From Octopus bimaculoides (lineage: Eukaryota), in assembly GCF_001194135.2 (NCBI RefSeq), contig NC_068998.1, positions 53,821,312-53,885,311 on the forward strand: a stretch of DNA of 64,000 nucleotides, given 5' to 3'. The translations under genes and the position numbers were made by a program. Positions 52,075 through 64,000 of this stretch are shown piece by piece. Within the stretch, counting starts at the first letter, position 1; the number at the start of each line of letters is the position of its first letter. The notes below the pieces were generated by a model. The model ran no database searches, was not told the origin of the DNA, and saw nothing but the letters and a program-made list of their open reading frames with translations.

Positions 52075-52412
52075 CCACGATCCTGCCCTTGTTGGAGTGT
52101 GGTAGCTAGTGTGCCTCAATGACACCCTGAGGTAAGCCAGAGGTCAAAGGATTGATGCCAAACTCGTATGGACCAACGATTCTCAAAGGTAAATATGGAT
52201 TTGCCTAGGGCCAAGACCTTTATCTCGAAAAAAAAAATGAAGAGCTCCAAAATTATGGCTGACTACTTAAAATCAATAAGACCTGGCGGAGGGAGGCCTT
52301 ACTAGTTGCAGCTGATTGACAAAGCAAAGAGAAGCATGAAAGACAGTCAAGTTTGGAGAACAGAGGAGAAAAATCGTCGATGGCTTACGCTCCATAGCGA
52401 ACGGTAACGTTT
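52075..52412 (+). mobile_element. Probable internally deleted RTE derivative (5' UTR-like plus 3'-end-like)
   Basis: ccttgttggagtgtggtagctagtgtgcctcaatgacaccctgag resembles RTE/Expander 5' UTR starts; KDSQVWRT..VDGLRSI resembles the RTE terminal A.DR..WR.LV.GLCS motif; recalled resemblance only. Confidence 0.4.
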
Positions 52413-52719
52413 TCGGAGCCGGTGAAGAGAATAGCAATGAAAGGTACTGGTGAAACGGGAATATCAGAGCTAGATACAAAATGCCTGGCTGCATCTTTTC
52501 CAGCTTCCTGTGTTTTAAATTTAGATATCACTTAGGCGCTATTGGTTAGTGTAGACATGTTGAATACGATAGGCTGAAGCATTATCCGGCAGTAGATCGA
52601 TCACCACTTAATAGAATATGGTCAATGATATCAATGACTATTACGAGATTAAATCCACTGTAAAATGAAAGATTCATTTCACTAAAGCACAAGTCAATTC
52701 TGCAAATATCCGGGAATAA

Positions 52720-52915
52720 AGGCCCGAAATTTTTGGGTGAGGGGGCCAGTTGATTAGATCGATTCCAGTACACAACTGATACTTGATACTTAATTTATCG
52801 ACTCCGAAAGGATGAAAGGCAAAGTCGATCTCAGTGGAATTTGAACTCAGAGACAGACGAAATACTGCTAAGAATTTCGCCCGGCGTGCTAACGATTCTG
52901 CCAGCTCGCCGCCTT
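52720..52915 (-). mobile_element. SINE family 1, full length
   Basis: aaggcccgaaatt..gaaaggatgaaaggcaaagtcgatctcagtggaatttgaactcag..gcccggcgtgctaacgattctgccagctcgccgcctt. Confidence 0.93.
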
Positions 52916-53648
52916 GTCACGAGAAGCGTATTGCAGGGAAAATATGTTGAAGAAACAAACGAAAAGCGAAATTGTTTATTGAAGGTTATCCCAAGTTTCA
53001 ATTTTCTCCTTTTCCGTATTTTGCTTGTTTTCTTTCTAACACACACATAAACAAATGTCATGATTGATCTGCAATTTTTTTATGTTGGAATTATGAAATA
53101 AAAGAAGACCAAAACGGAGATAAGCAAGTCCTAAAGTGTATCAAAGTTCGACATTTCAATCGCTTGGTATTTTACTGTTTGATAAAATTCAATAGTTAAA
53201 CAATAAAAACAGTGATGTAATCGATAAACTATTTAAGCTTTCGCTCATGTCTCCGTTATCGTATCCTTCCAATAAACTACTATTATTTTTTATTCGTGTA
53301 ATATGCACTCCTATATCTTGCTTGTCTTTGTCATTTTGACATAGAATGAAAGAAAAGAATTAAATTTGCTTTTCAAATAAATTCCGTTTTAAAACTGTAG
53401 ATATGTATTTTAAAGAATATTTTTTTTATCTTATTTACTGCGAAAATAGTTATTCTGACGTAACATAATAAAAACACAATTGCAATGTTTCTGGAATAAG
53501 CTTTTTAAAATGGCAAATAAATATTTTAAGGCCAAGATATTTCCCACCAAAACATTTCAAACTTCGGTATAAGGCCTTTCAAAAGATTAATATTAAAAAT
53601 ATTGGATCTTGTTTCGTTTGGTCTCCTTGTGTTCGGGCTAATGATCCA

Positions 53649-53751
<103 letters not shown>

Positions 53752-54819
53752 TTAGGTTTTCAAGTATCCTTAGACAGATTCATAAATAAAAGTGCAATAT
53801 TTCTGTAGTCAACTGAACATCAGTAAAACTTGTAATATGTTTGCATTCGGATCGTCCCTCCCCGAAATTTCAGGGCTTGTGCTTACAGTAGAAGGAATCA
53901 TCACTAGTCAATAAGTTAAGTAACCATCTGCACGATCGATTGCTTGATTAATCGCTAGGTCAGTCAAACAATCAGGATTCTCAAAGTCCAATCGTTGCTA
54001 TTGGCAACTAAATCAATGACCTGCTCTCTCTACAGGAAACTCCGCTTATTAATAATAAATATGAAAAAATAAATTTACGTGAGAGGATTAGCTGAGAGAT
54101 TTCATTACCTTCTCGGGAGTAAAAAAGATGATTGAGAAACTGATTGCGTTAACTTGCGTCACGATTCTAATTCTTTTAATTCTTCATACCAGAAATATGT
54201 ACTATCGGATATTGATACGTTGATTATATTTACCGAAGGATCGATACTGAAAGGTTATGAAATTCTTCTCTCCGGGAATCTGGTAATATTAATTATGAGA
54301 TTTTTTGATTGAGAGGGATACTTTTTACTGACTCAACCTTTGGTTTGCTGCCGTTTGCAATATTCTTAAGTACGTTTCGAGAAGTCCACAAGAATAAGGG
54401 GTGTTATGCATTTTTGATGCAGTGGAGAATGAAAAACAGAATAAATACTGAGCAAAATGGCTAGAGGAGACGGATTAATTGTAGGTAATTACTGTTTTAA
54501 AGGAAACTTGTAAATCAATTTAGTTTAATTGTCTCTGTCAGTTACAATTCGATATAGGCTGCTTAAAGCTGCCCCTTTATATCTACCATTTAAACTTATC
54601 ATTGAATTAAACTGACAAATCAACTGCTGTACAACCTCTTTGCCCACGTGAGATTACAACTAATGAAAATATAAACCAAACTGATATATGTACACACACA
54701 CACACGCACACGTATATATACGTACGTGCATATATCCATACATATTTATTATACATTACAACCATACACTCCGACATATACACCCATATACATATATTAG
54801 TGTGTGGGGGTGTTCGTGC

Positions 54820-54865
<46 letters not shown>

Positions 54866-55164
54866 ATGTGTGTGTCTAACTCAATCTTTTACAGATACAG
54901 TTCTATAGAATTCAATTAATTTATCTCTATTTGCGACTTGTGGCACTTTAGATCAACTTGTACATGTGCATAGGTAACCCACACATGTCTGCGAAGTATT
55001 TATACAAATAGAAAAACATACAAACAAACACACAAGCATACACACATTTCATGGCATTTTGTATACCTACATACAAATATATATGTATATACACTTATGT
55101 CCATATATATATATATATATATGTGTATGTGCGTGTTTGTGTATGGGCATAAATATATATATAT

Positions 55165-55233
<69 letters not shown>

Positions 55234-55812
55234 GGGGCATGAATATATATATATATATATATAGGGGCATGAATATATATATATGCGGATATGTATGTAC
55301 ATAAGTGTCCATGTACGTGTGTGTGCGTGTGTGTGCGTGTGTGTGTATGTCTATGTGTGTGTGTATGTGTGTCGGTTTGTGCGTGTCTCGGTGTGGATAT
55401 TTCAGACTGCCTCAAGATATTTTTGCGATAATCTTCAGTCTCCATTATCATTTACTTTCCATGTTCTACTTTGACGTAAAGGAAAATATCTCGACATTTG
55501 TAGTTTCTTTCTTTTGTTTCACCTTCAGTCCAAATTTGGAAATATATTTTTCTGTCTAATTGTGCTGCATTTTGGAAGACCATTTTTCCTTGTTGTCCGT
55601 TACTTTTGCTTATCTTTATTTCATTTTCGAAATCCTGCCCTGTCCGCCGTCTGCTTTGCCATGTCTGGCAGTTTAAACCAAAATAGATCTTATATTACTT
55701 ACAGCCCACGATTGGTGAAAACGAGACTTACCGAACAAGATACTAAGCTATATGCTGTATATCGCGTTATGCACTTTCATCTATATCTCTCTCTTTTCAT
55801 TTGTTTCTCATT

Positions 55813-55868
<56 letters not shown>

Positions 55869-56354
55869 TTCTCTCTCTCCCTCTTCCTATCGAAGAATGC
55901 CTCGAAAAATGTCTAAGAGAGCAGTAAGTTCTCATTAATCTCTCATTGCAAAAAGGCTAAGACAATTAACCGAGGACTTGTTTGACAATATGAAAAAAAT
56001 TGGGTTCGTTTTCGAATCTTAGCCTAGCTATTCTGTAGTTGTCCGCCAAACTTTTAATATAGGCGAACGCTAAAATATTACAACAAAAATTATCCAATAA
56101 CGTCGGAAATACAAACAAGAAATGAAATGGAATAAACAGTAACAAAAGCTTTGGCCATAACAAAGTAATACTCATTAAAAGTTCCTTCAATCTGCCACAT
56201 TTTTTTCATTTCTAATATTAATAATATCCAAATTCCTCACAACGTGTGCAAACACGATCACCGAAATACGGTTCATATCAACAATAGACCGTCTCTGTCT
56301 CCGTCCATTAAACACAAGAAATTTCAATAATACCCGTACTGTTCAGCCGAAGGC

Positions 56355-56570
56355 GGAGGCGCGTCGCTTGGTGGCGAAGGTGTTGTACTCATGATCGTAA
56401 GATTGTGGTTTTGGTTCCTCGACCGAGCGACGTGTTGTGTTCTTGAGCAAAACCTTTCATTTCACTATGCCCCAGTCCACTCAGCTGGGGTGGGGGGATA
56501 TATACGCCATAGAAATCGGAAAACCGGCCCTGTGAGCCTATATATGACTCATGAAGGAACTTTACTTTTC
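56355..56570 (+). mobile_element. SINE family 4, diverged
   Basis: ggaggcgcgtcgcttggtggcgaagg..gtgttgtgttcttgagcaaaacctttcatttcac..ccagtccactcagctgg; related to 43224. Confidence 0.65.
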
Positions 56571-57069
56571 TTATTATCCAACCGAAGCGTAATAAACGGG
56601 AAATACGTCCTTTGAGTTTACTGTACGATCAGTTACGCGAACAAAAATCGCAGCCATCAGAAACGAACGGACTGGGTCGTCCCTACAAAAACGATGACAA
56701 TCGAAATAAGGGGCCCGATGTTTCAGCTCACGTCTTGCTTGTACTATAGTAGTAGTATGGGCATGCGCTGTAACATAGTATCGCTGCATCCATCATTTCT
56801 TGGCAATTCCCTCCTCCTGGCGCGTGGCACATTTTGACCAGTCGAACAACAAACATCCAGTGCATGGGTCTGTTTAGGAGAGTCGTTGTTGGTCGGAGTG
56901 AAAATTGCCTTTTTCGACACGTAGACGAAACGGCTCTATTCCTTGGCATTTGATTTAACCTACTTGTATTGGGCCAATGAATTCTTATTTTGGCGGAATT
57001 GTTTACATAAAAATCGTTGCTTTGGCTATATATATATATATGTGCTTGTGTGTGTGTTTGTGTGTGTGT

Positions 57070-57120
<51 letters not shown>

Positions 57121-57336
57121 TGTGTGTGTGTGTGTTTNNNNNNNNNNNNNNNNNNNNNNNNNNNNNNNNNNNNNNNNNNNNNNNNNNNNNNNNNNNNNNN
57201 NNNNNNNNNNNNNNNNNNNNNNNNNNNNNNNNNNNNNNNNNNNNNNNNNNNNNNNNNNNNNCTCTTTTTCTCTCCCTCTCTTTCTCTCCCTCTCTCTCTC
57301 TCATATATTTATATATATTTATTTGCATAGACTTGT

Positions 57337-57387
<51 letters not shown>

Positions 57388-57429
57388 TATATATGCGTAT
57401 ACACATGTACACACATACACACACATAAA

Positions 57430-57462
<33 letters not shown>

Positions 57463-58429
57463 CACACATATATATATATATATAGATATAGATATATATA
57501 TATATATGCATATATGCATGTATATGTGTTGAGAAATGTTCAATGTTGTATACAGTAGTAATATACATATATACGTATATATAATATATATATAGATATG
57601 TGTGTATACATATATAAACACACACACATACACACACATAAATATATGTATATATACAACTACTGTATACCAAATTGCCTTGGCTTGTTACATATCTTCA
57701 AGAAAGGTCGCATTTAATTTTTCTATCTCTCACCTTTGAAGAAACTGAAAGATTTAGGACTGAGGCAACAATGGAGGCAGTTATCCTTGTCAGAACTCGC
57801 GCTAAGACCACAGTTTTAATCCTCTTTTACTCTGTTGTGTTGTTTATTCATTAATTTACCATTCCACTACTAATCTCACATAACCTTTCAAGAATACAGA
57901 ATATATTTATCAGTTTTATTGTTCTGAAATGTTTGGATCCTTTCCGATAAAATAACGTGTTTACAGCCCTAAAATACGAAATGGAAAGAATATTTTGTTT
58001 TACAACTCCATTAAATATAATACCGCCTTGAAATTTGAATTTTATATCCAGAAATATAATCTGATGTAAAAATAGACTTAGAATCAACAGAATACATAGG
58101 GCAGAAAAAGAAACTGTTATTCCTACGAGTTTAAAAAATTAGGAAAATAAGCAACAGGAAACGGTATTTTTATATTCAGAAATTTGAAAACAGAATCCGA
58201 GAAAATTACTATTTCTAAATCTCACAACGTGAGATATTCAGCAACAGTACTTGGCAAACAATCTTTACTACAGAATCCGAGAAGTTTCATGAAATAAGTT
58301 GAAGGTAAAGTGAAGAATTATATTATATGACAATAGATAATTTAAAATTTAAAGACAGAGACGTGGTAGGAGTATCTAAAGGATAAGGCCTAGGTACGAA
58401 ATAGAATATTGTAGCATATTCTAAGGTAT

Positions 58430-58905
58430 TATTTGTGTGCGACTTATTCTACCGTTTCCTTTTCGTCGAACGGCTAAAATTACAGGAATGTAAACAAACC
58501 AATCCCGCGTGTCGAGTGAGGAGTACAAACACAGTGATATCCACACATACCAGCACACACATTCACATATATGTATACAGATATATATATATATANNNNN
58601 NNNNNNNNNNNNNNNNNNNNNNNNNNNNNNNNNNNNNNNNNNNNNNNNNNNNNNNNNNNNNNNNNNNNNNNNNNNNNNNNNNNNNNNNNNNNNNNNNNNN
58701 NNNNNNNNNNNNNNNNNNNNNNNNNNNNNNNNNNNNNNNNNNNNNNNNNNNNNNNNNNNNNNNNNNNNNNNNNNNNNNNNNATATATATATATATATATA
58801 TACGATGAGTTTCCTCACCGTTTCCGCCTGGCAGTTCAAACCGTGTAATGAGACCACGTGGTTGCCATACAATTTTCTCAGCCACACAGCCATGTTTGCG
58901 CCTGT
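58430..58905 (-). mobile_element. SINE family 2, degenerate, spanning a (TA)n gap
   Basis: 3' part ttttcgtcgaacggctaaaattacaggaatgtaaacaaacc; head part gtttccgcc..accacgtggttgcc..cacacagccatgtttgcgcc. Confidence 0.6.
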
Positions 58906-58989
58906 GTTTTTAATAACTGTAAATTTCCGTTGATCTTCTCAAAATATCTTATGTTATGTTGATTTATTTATTGATTACGTCTCCAGCAT

Positions 58990-60200
58990 TTTTATTTTGA
59001 ATTCATATTTCTCTAGAGATTTTAAGATCATATTCTTCTTGAATTTTATGCTTTCTATATAACTATTTACTCATGGACGGACGGACAGACGGTTTTGTGT
59101 CCCTGTTTGGGAGCTCTCTACATTTTAGGGATTTATCCCCTGCTGAATCTTGTTTTCCAAAAGGAATTTGTCGTTTTCTTTTTTATTTTTCTCCCTTATT
59201 TCAACATCTAATTAACCTTTACCTCAAGCGCTCTGACATCCCGCTTAGCTTTGATTTATCTCTTATATTTCCTCCGTAGCCCTTTTCTCATACCTAGTTA
59301 CCCGATCTCCTTAGGGATCTGTTTTCATGCTATATATTTTACTGGTTTATAGTAAGTCTTTCAATTTTGATACGTTTTATCTCCTCTAGCTTGTTCTTAG
59401 TCCAATTTATCGTCTAAGACACTGTCTTCGTTGTTATTAAGTACGCATTATTGCTTGACACAAGACAACCAATTCTCAGAATCCTTAGAGTATCAATCAA
59501 ACAACTTTTCAAAATTTCTTCTGGTTCTTATTGTTCTAAGTTCAGTTCTTAGTGAGATTAATTTTCCCTTTCATTCTTTCTGCGTCGATAAACTAAATCT
59601 GCAATTCACTCGCCGCAATCCGTAAAAACGTTGAATTTCTACCAAACTTTGATGTCATTATTTTTACTCGGCATTTTAAAATTTTGTGCTGTCTATTCCT
59701 TGCTGAAATTTAGTTCGTATTTGTAGAATTTATTGTTGCCTTTATATTCTGTTCCATTGTGGTCAGTGTTTATATGATGTTTCGTTGTATTCTGGCTTTT
59801 TCTCTCTGTTCTTTTTTGTTTTGACATTTCTTTTTGTACATTTTCTGTTCAGTTCAGCTGATTCAGTTGTTACTTTTAATGTATCTTTTGCACGCTAGAT
59901 AATTCAATATTACTCCGTGGGCGAATCTTGGGATTGGTTTTTTTCACCACATTTGGTAAATCGATTCCTGGGGAATTCAGTTTAGTAATAAATTCTAAAC
60001 ACATGGCTCTGGTCTATGTCTGTCTAACAGATTTCTTTCTGTTGTTTTTATCTTAACTTCCCAAGATGAGATCTTACATTGAATGTAGTTCCGTTTGGTT
60101 AAGTCGCATCACCAAATTATTTCTCTGTTTATTTTTCGATTCTAAAGATTTGTAGAATTACGACGCCATAAATACTTGGTACCACGATTGGTCTAGAATG
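58990..60200 (-). mobile_element. Possible ancient L1/Tx1-type LINE relic
   Basis: Strongly A-rich minus strand with fragmentary LIDTLRIL (compare LIDIWR endonuclease motif) and DVRALE peptides among many stops; weak. Confidence 0.3.
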
Positions 60201-60524
60201 TTTACACTCCTTAACTATATCGTTACAACTAGACCGGAAATGTCAAAACCATTTCTATGTGACAAGTCGCTATTATATCTCAGTTATTAAGAGTGACTAA
60301 TATCAAATGAATGTGCTGTGTAAAGGGTAACTGGCAATGAACTTAACGCTGAAATTAACACGGAATATGTATCTTATTGACAATTTTATAAATAATTATT
60401 TTATTTAACTCGAACGATTTATTTATGATTTTTCTTCGAAGAAGCTGAATATTTCTCATATAAGTATTACAACCACAAACGAAGTTTTCTGGAAATTAAC
60501 TGTTTTTCATCTTTTCGCCTCTTA

Positions 60525-60680
60525 TCCTTTACTTTTAGTCATTGGACGATGGCCACGCATTGGCACCGTCTTGAAAGGTTTCAACCCCGGTACTGATTTT
60601 AAGTTTGGCACATATTCTATTGGTCATTTGAGCCGAACCGCTAAGTTACAGTAAGGATGTAGACAAACCAACACAACACA
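60525..60680 (-). mobile_element. SINE family 2, 3' part
   Basis: cttttagtcattggacgatggccacgc..gcaccgtcttgaaagg..gagccgaaccgctaagttacag..caaaccaacac. Confidence 0.8.
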
Positions 60681-62404
60681 CATATTTATACAAATAACTA
60701 AATGAGACTGGGGTGACTATTTCCATAGTAACCAAAGATGCTGCGAATGCGCACAAGGAGGAGAAGGAGATACGAGAAAGATAATCTTCTACTATAATAA
60801 TACTCCCGTGTTTTTCTCCGTCACAATATATGAATGAGAAAGGAAGGGGTGATAAATGAATAAGGAAGGAAGGGGTGATGGTAAACTGGCAGTGGAAGCG
60901 TTTCAACTGTGTATGGAGTGTAATGTAAACTTTCGTTCTTGAATTTTTTAAACTAATCAATGTGTTTTAAACAATGTTTTGACTGTTACTTCTAGCAGCT
61001 CCTGTTGGTTTGTTTGTTCGTAGCTATTAAATATTTAATTTGCTCGTGTATATTTTAATGTTTTGACTATTATTTTTGGGCAATGTCTAGACATGCCGAT
61101 GCTCCTCACACCGCCACCCCTGATGATAGAAGAGGCAGCGAATGCGCTGTTTTATGATTGGCTGAAAATTCTGAAAATTATCAAAATTTGTACACCTGTA
61201 ACATTTACGCAAAATTTTTCTGGAATAAATGAATAACAAATTCGGTTTCAGCGTCAAAATTTACACCTATATGATACGGTAAAACAATTTTTTGAAAGAT
61301 AAAATATAAACAGAAGAAAACCACAAAGATTCGCCTTTGTTTATTCTTTATAACAAACAACCTCAGGGTCCAGGTTTGAAAGATAATCATTTAATCAACC
61401 CCCGCCTGAATAGGAACAAATGTCTACCCCGGTAGAATTAGAACTCAATGTATTAAAACGACAAATTCTGTAATTATAAACCAGCGCACAATTATAAAAT
61501 AATTTATTAGAATACAAATTATATAATAAATAATAATCTTATAAAACATTATATAAGTATATATACATGTAACACTATATAAATATATACACACATATAT
61601 ATATATATATATATGCATATATGTCAAAATTGCATTTCCATCTAATTATGTCTAAAATTTATAACTTTATCTGAATTATTATCTCATTTATTACTCTTGT
61701 TAATCATTATATTGCAATCATTAATAATGCATTTATTTGCCATTCTGTGGGGAAACATTCTATTAACTACTAGTATATTTCTCAAAGTTTGGTTAATATC
61801 TCCAACGGAAATTGAGAAATGATAAATGAACTCTCGCAAAAATATCTATTATACTGGAATACTATTATTATTTAAATGAACATTAACAATTTAAATTTTA
61901 TGAACGCATTTCTTGTAATACAAATTCTAAAGTAAGACTTGTCAATTATTTCACATCTCCAGTATTAATTGATAAATATCATTCTTAACATTATCCTTTC
62001 TTCTATTTCAATAACGTAAATATTTTTATTCAATCTTATATCTTTAAGAGCGATGGATTGGACGAATCGTTAGACCAACGAACTAAGTATCTTGCAGTAT
62101 TTTCACCTTTGCTTGTATTTTTTATAGTTTTCCTTTTATTACTTAAAACATAATAATTTTGGGATACTTTTGTAATACCGCAGTTATATACGTACCAAAT
62201 ATACAGTCTATTATCAAGTTTTAATTAGAAAGCAGGAATCAGCTCTCTTGGCAAATATTAACAAAGAAAAAGTCGCGAAGAAGCGTCTGGTAGCTTATAT
62301 TGCAAAGAAGAAATTATTTAAATACTGTAGAGTTTTTTTCCAGATCCAAGATGGTATTTTCACGAAATATATTCCTAAATATAATTTTTTTTTATTCAGT
62401 TTTT

Positions 62405-62611
62405 AAGGCGGGAAACTGGAAGAGTCGTCAGCACACGGTCAAAACCCTTCAGTGGCATTTCATCCGACTTTGCGTTCTGAATTCCACCGAGGTCGACGTG
62501 GCTATTCATTCTTTCGGGGTCGATAGAATAAGTACCAGAAGAGCAGTGGAGTCAATCTATACCTCACAATTCCATACCCGCTGGCTTTGTGCCAAAGTTT
62601 CAAACGAATAT
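62405..62611 (+). mobile_element. SINE family 1, diverged full length
   Basis: aaggcgggaaactggaagagtcgtcagcac..gaattccaccgaggtcgacgtggc..ttcggggtcgatagaataagtaccag..gctggctttgtgccaaagtttcaaacgaatatt. Confidence 0.85.
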
Positions 62612-62674
62612 TTTATTTTTAAATGCCCGACTATACCACCTAATGTAACGGTAAATTTCCATACAAGTTCACTG

Positions 62675-62714
62675 CATATTTACTAACTTCTCCTCATATT
62701 TACTAACTTCTCCT
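62675..62714. repeat. Perfect 20-bp tandem duplication
   Basis: catatttactaacttctcct present twice in tandem. Confidence 0.95.
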
Positions 62715-62886
62715 CAGCCGTTGTTGATGCCCATAAACGTGCCCAGCGTTGTATGAGTGGCCAGCAGTAAATGTATTTATCTATAAAGATGAATAAATAA
62801 CTACAAATAAAATATATTTTCATGACGAATTCCTATTTTATTAATATATTGATATTTTGTACATACACAAACACACAATGACACAC

Positions 62887-62965
<79 letters not shown>

Positions 62966-63650
62966 NNNNNNNNNNNNNNNNNNNNNNNNNNNNNNNNNNN
63001 NNNNNNNNNNNNNNNNNNNNNNNNNNNNNNNNNNNNNNNNNNNNNNNNNNNNNNNNNNNNTATATATACATGTATATATATAGATATACCTGTTGTGTAT
63101 ATTTTCGAATGAATTTATTTTCGTCAGCACATTGACTGCATATTTTTATCATTAGATTTTTCATATTATTTCAAAAAAATACTTTTCTGCTGCCAGCCTT
63201 TGCAAGTCTTGCAATTTAGTTCGGGTTTTTGGATAGAATATTCTATGAGAATATTCTACGTTAATATTTCTACAGTAGGCCATCTTCATTATCTCATATT
63301 GAAATTTTCTTTTATTATGTACTATATTATTGAATATTTTGGGCCTCTCTACATATGTTTATCTCTAAAGAATTTGTAGTCAAGTTACTGTATTTCTATC
63401 CATTTAGTTCTAGCTATGAAACTCACAAAAGACATACAAAACAAGCACACATAGAATTATACAAATACGGACACATACACATGCATACATACATACATAC
63501 ACTTATCGGTTACAAAACTGCTCCATCACACTTCACCTGGGGCTACACATACAAACATAATGTGTGTGCGCGCGCGAGCGCTTAAATATATAAATGCATA
63601 AATATATAAATGAAGACGCATACACAGACACAGACATACGTACACACACG

Positions 63651-63702
<52 letters not shown>

Positions 63703-63732
63703 CATGTATATTTACATACGTATCTATGTATG

Positions 63733-63763
<31 letters not shown>

Positions 63764-64000
63764 GTACGGAGTTGACAAATGAGATTGAGAGAACCTCTAC
63801 ACAAAAAACAGTTTGAGCGCCCAAAAGATTTGAACTTACACTCCGAAGTCTTTACCGACAACCAAGTCAGCAGGGTAACGAGTGGAGAATTCGAGGGAAG
63901 CAAGTATAGTTTCTCCACTCTAATTCTTTGAGCCTATGTAATCTGAGTGAGTTTGCTCTATCAATATATTACTATATATATATATATACTAATAGTAATA

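Noticed and set aside
52074-52131. 58-nt segment with strong AG and GAG/gtaagc sites
   Set aside because: Stops in all frames, and better explained as an RTE-like 5' UTR.

Overview
AT-rich eukaryotic (metazoan) draft-assembly DNA that is essentially non-coding (intergenic or inside a very large intron). It has about 19 N-gaps, mostly bordered by (TA)n, and very dense microsatellites. This repeat landscape resembles a coleoid cephalopod (Octopus-type) genome; that assignment is my inference. No intact protein-coding gene, rRNA, tRNA gene or CRISPR array is supported, and the long ORFs in the ORF track are microsatellite or gap artefacts. What can be supported: (1) dozens of copies and fragments of at least 3-4 tRNA-derived SINE families in both orientations, two with clear target-site duplications; (2) decayed LINE fragments: an RTE 3' end, a CR1/L2-group RT interrupted by a SINE exactly in its DFAKAFD motif, and two R4/Dong-type fragments each abutting a (TAA)n array; (3) a mariner transposase relic with one TIR and an internal inversion; (4) weaker candidates: a bipartite RTE derivative, a Penelope-type hammerhead-like core, and a few isolated exon candidates, the best being a 65-nt plus-strand exon at 47183-47247 bracketed by inverted SINEs. 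I found no convincing evidence of a new multi-gene system; the findings concern transposon biology and possible hidden exons.
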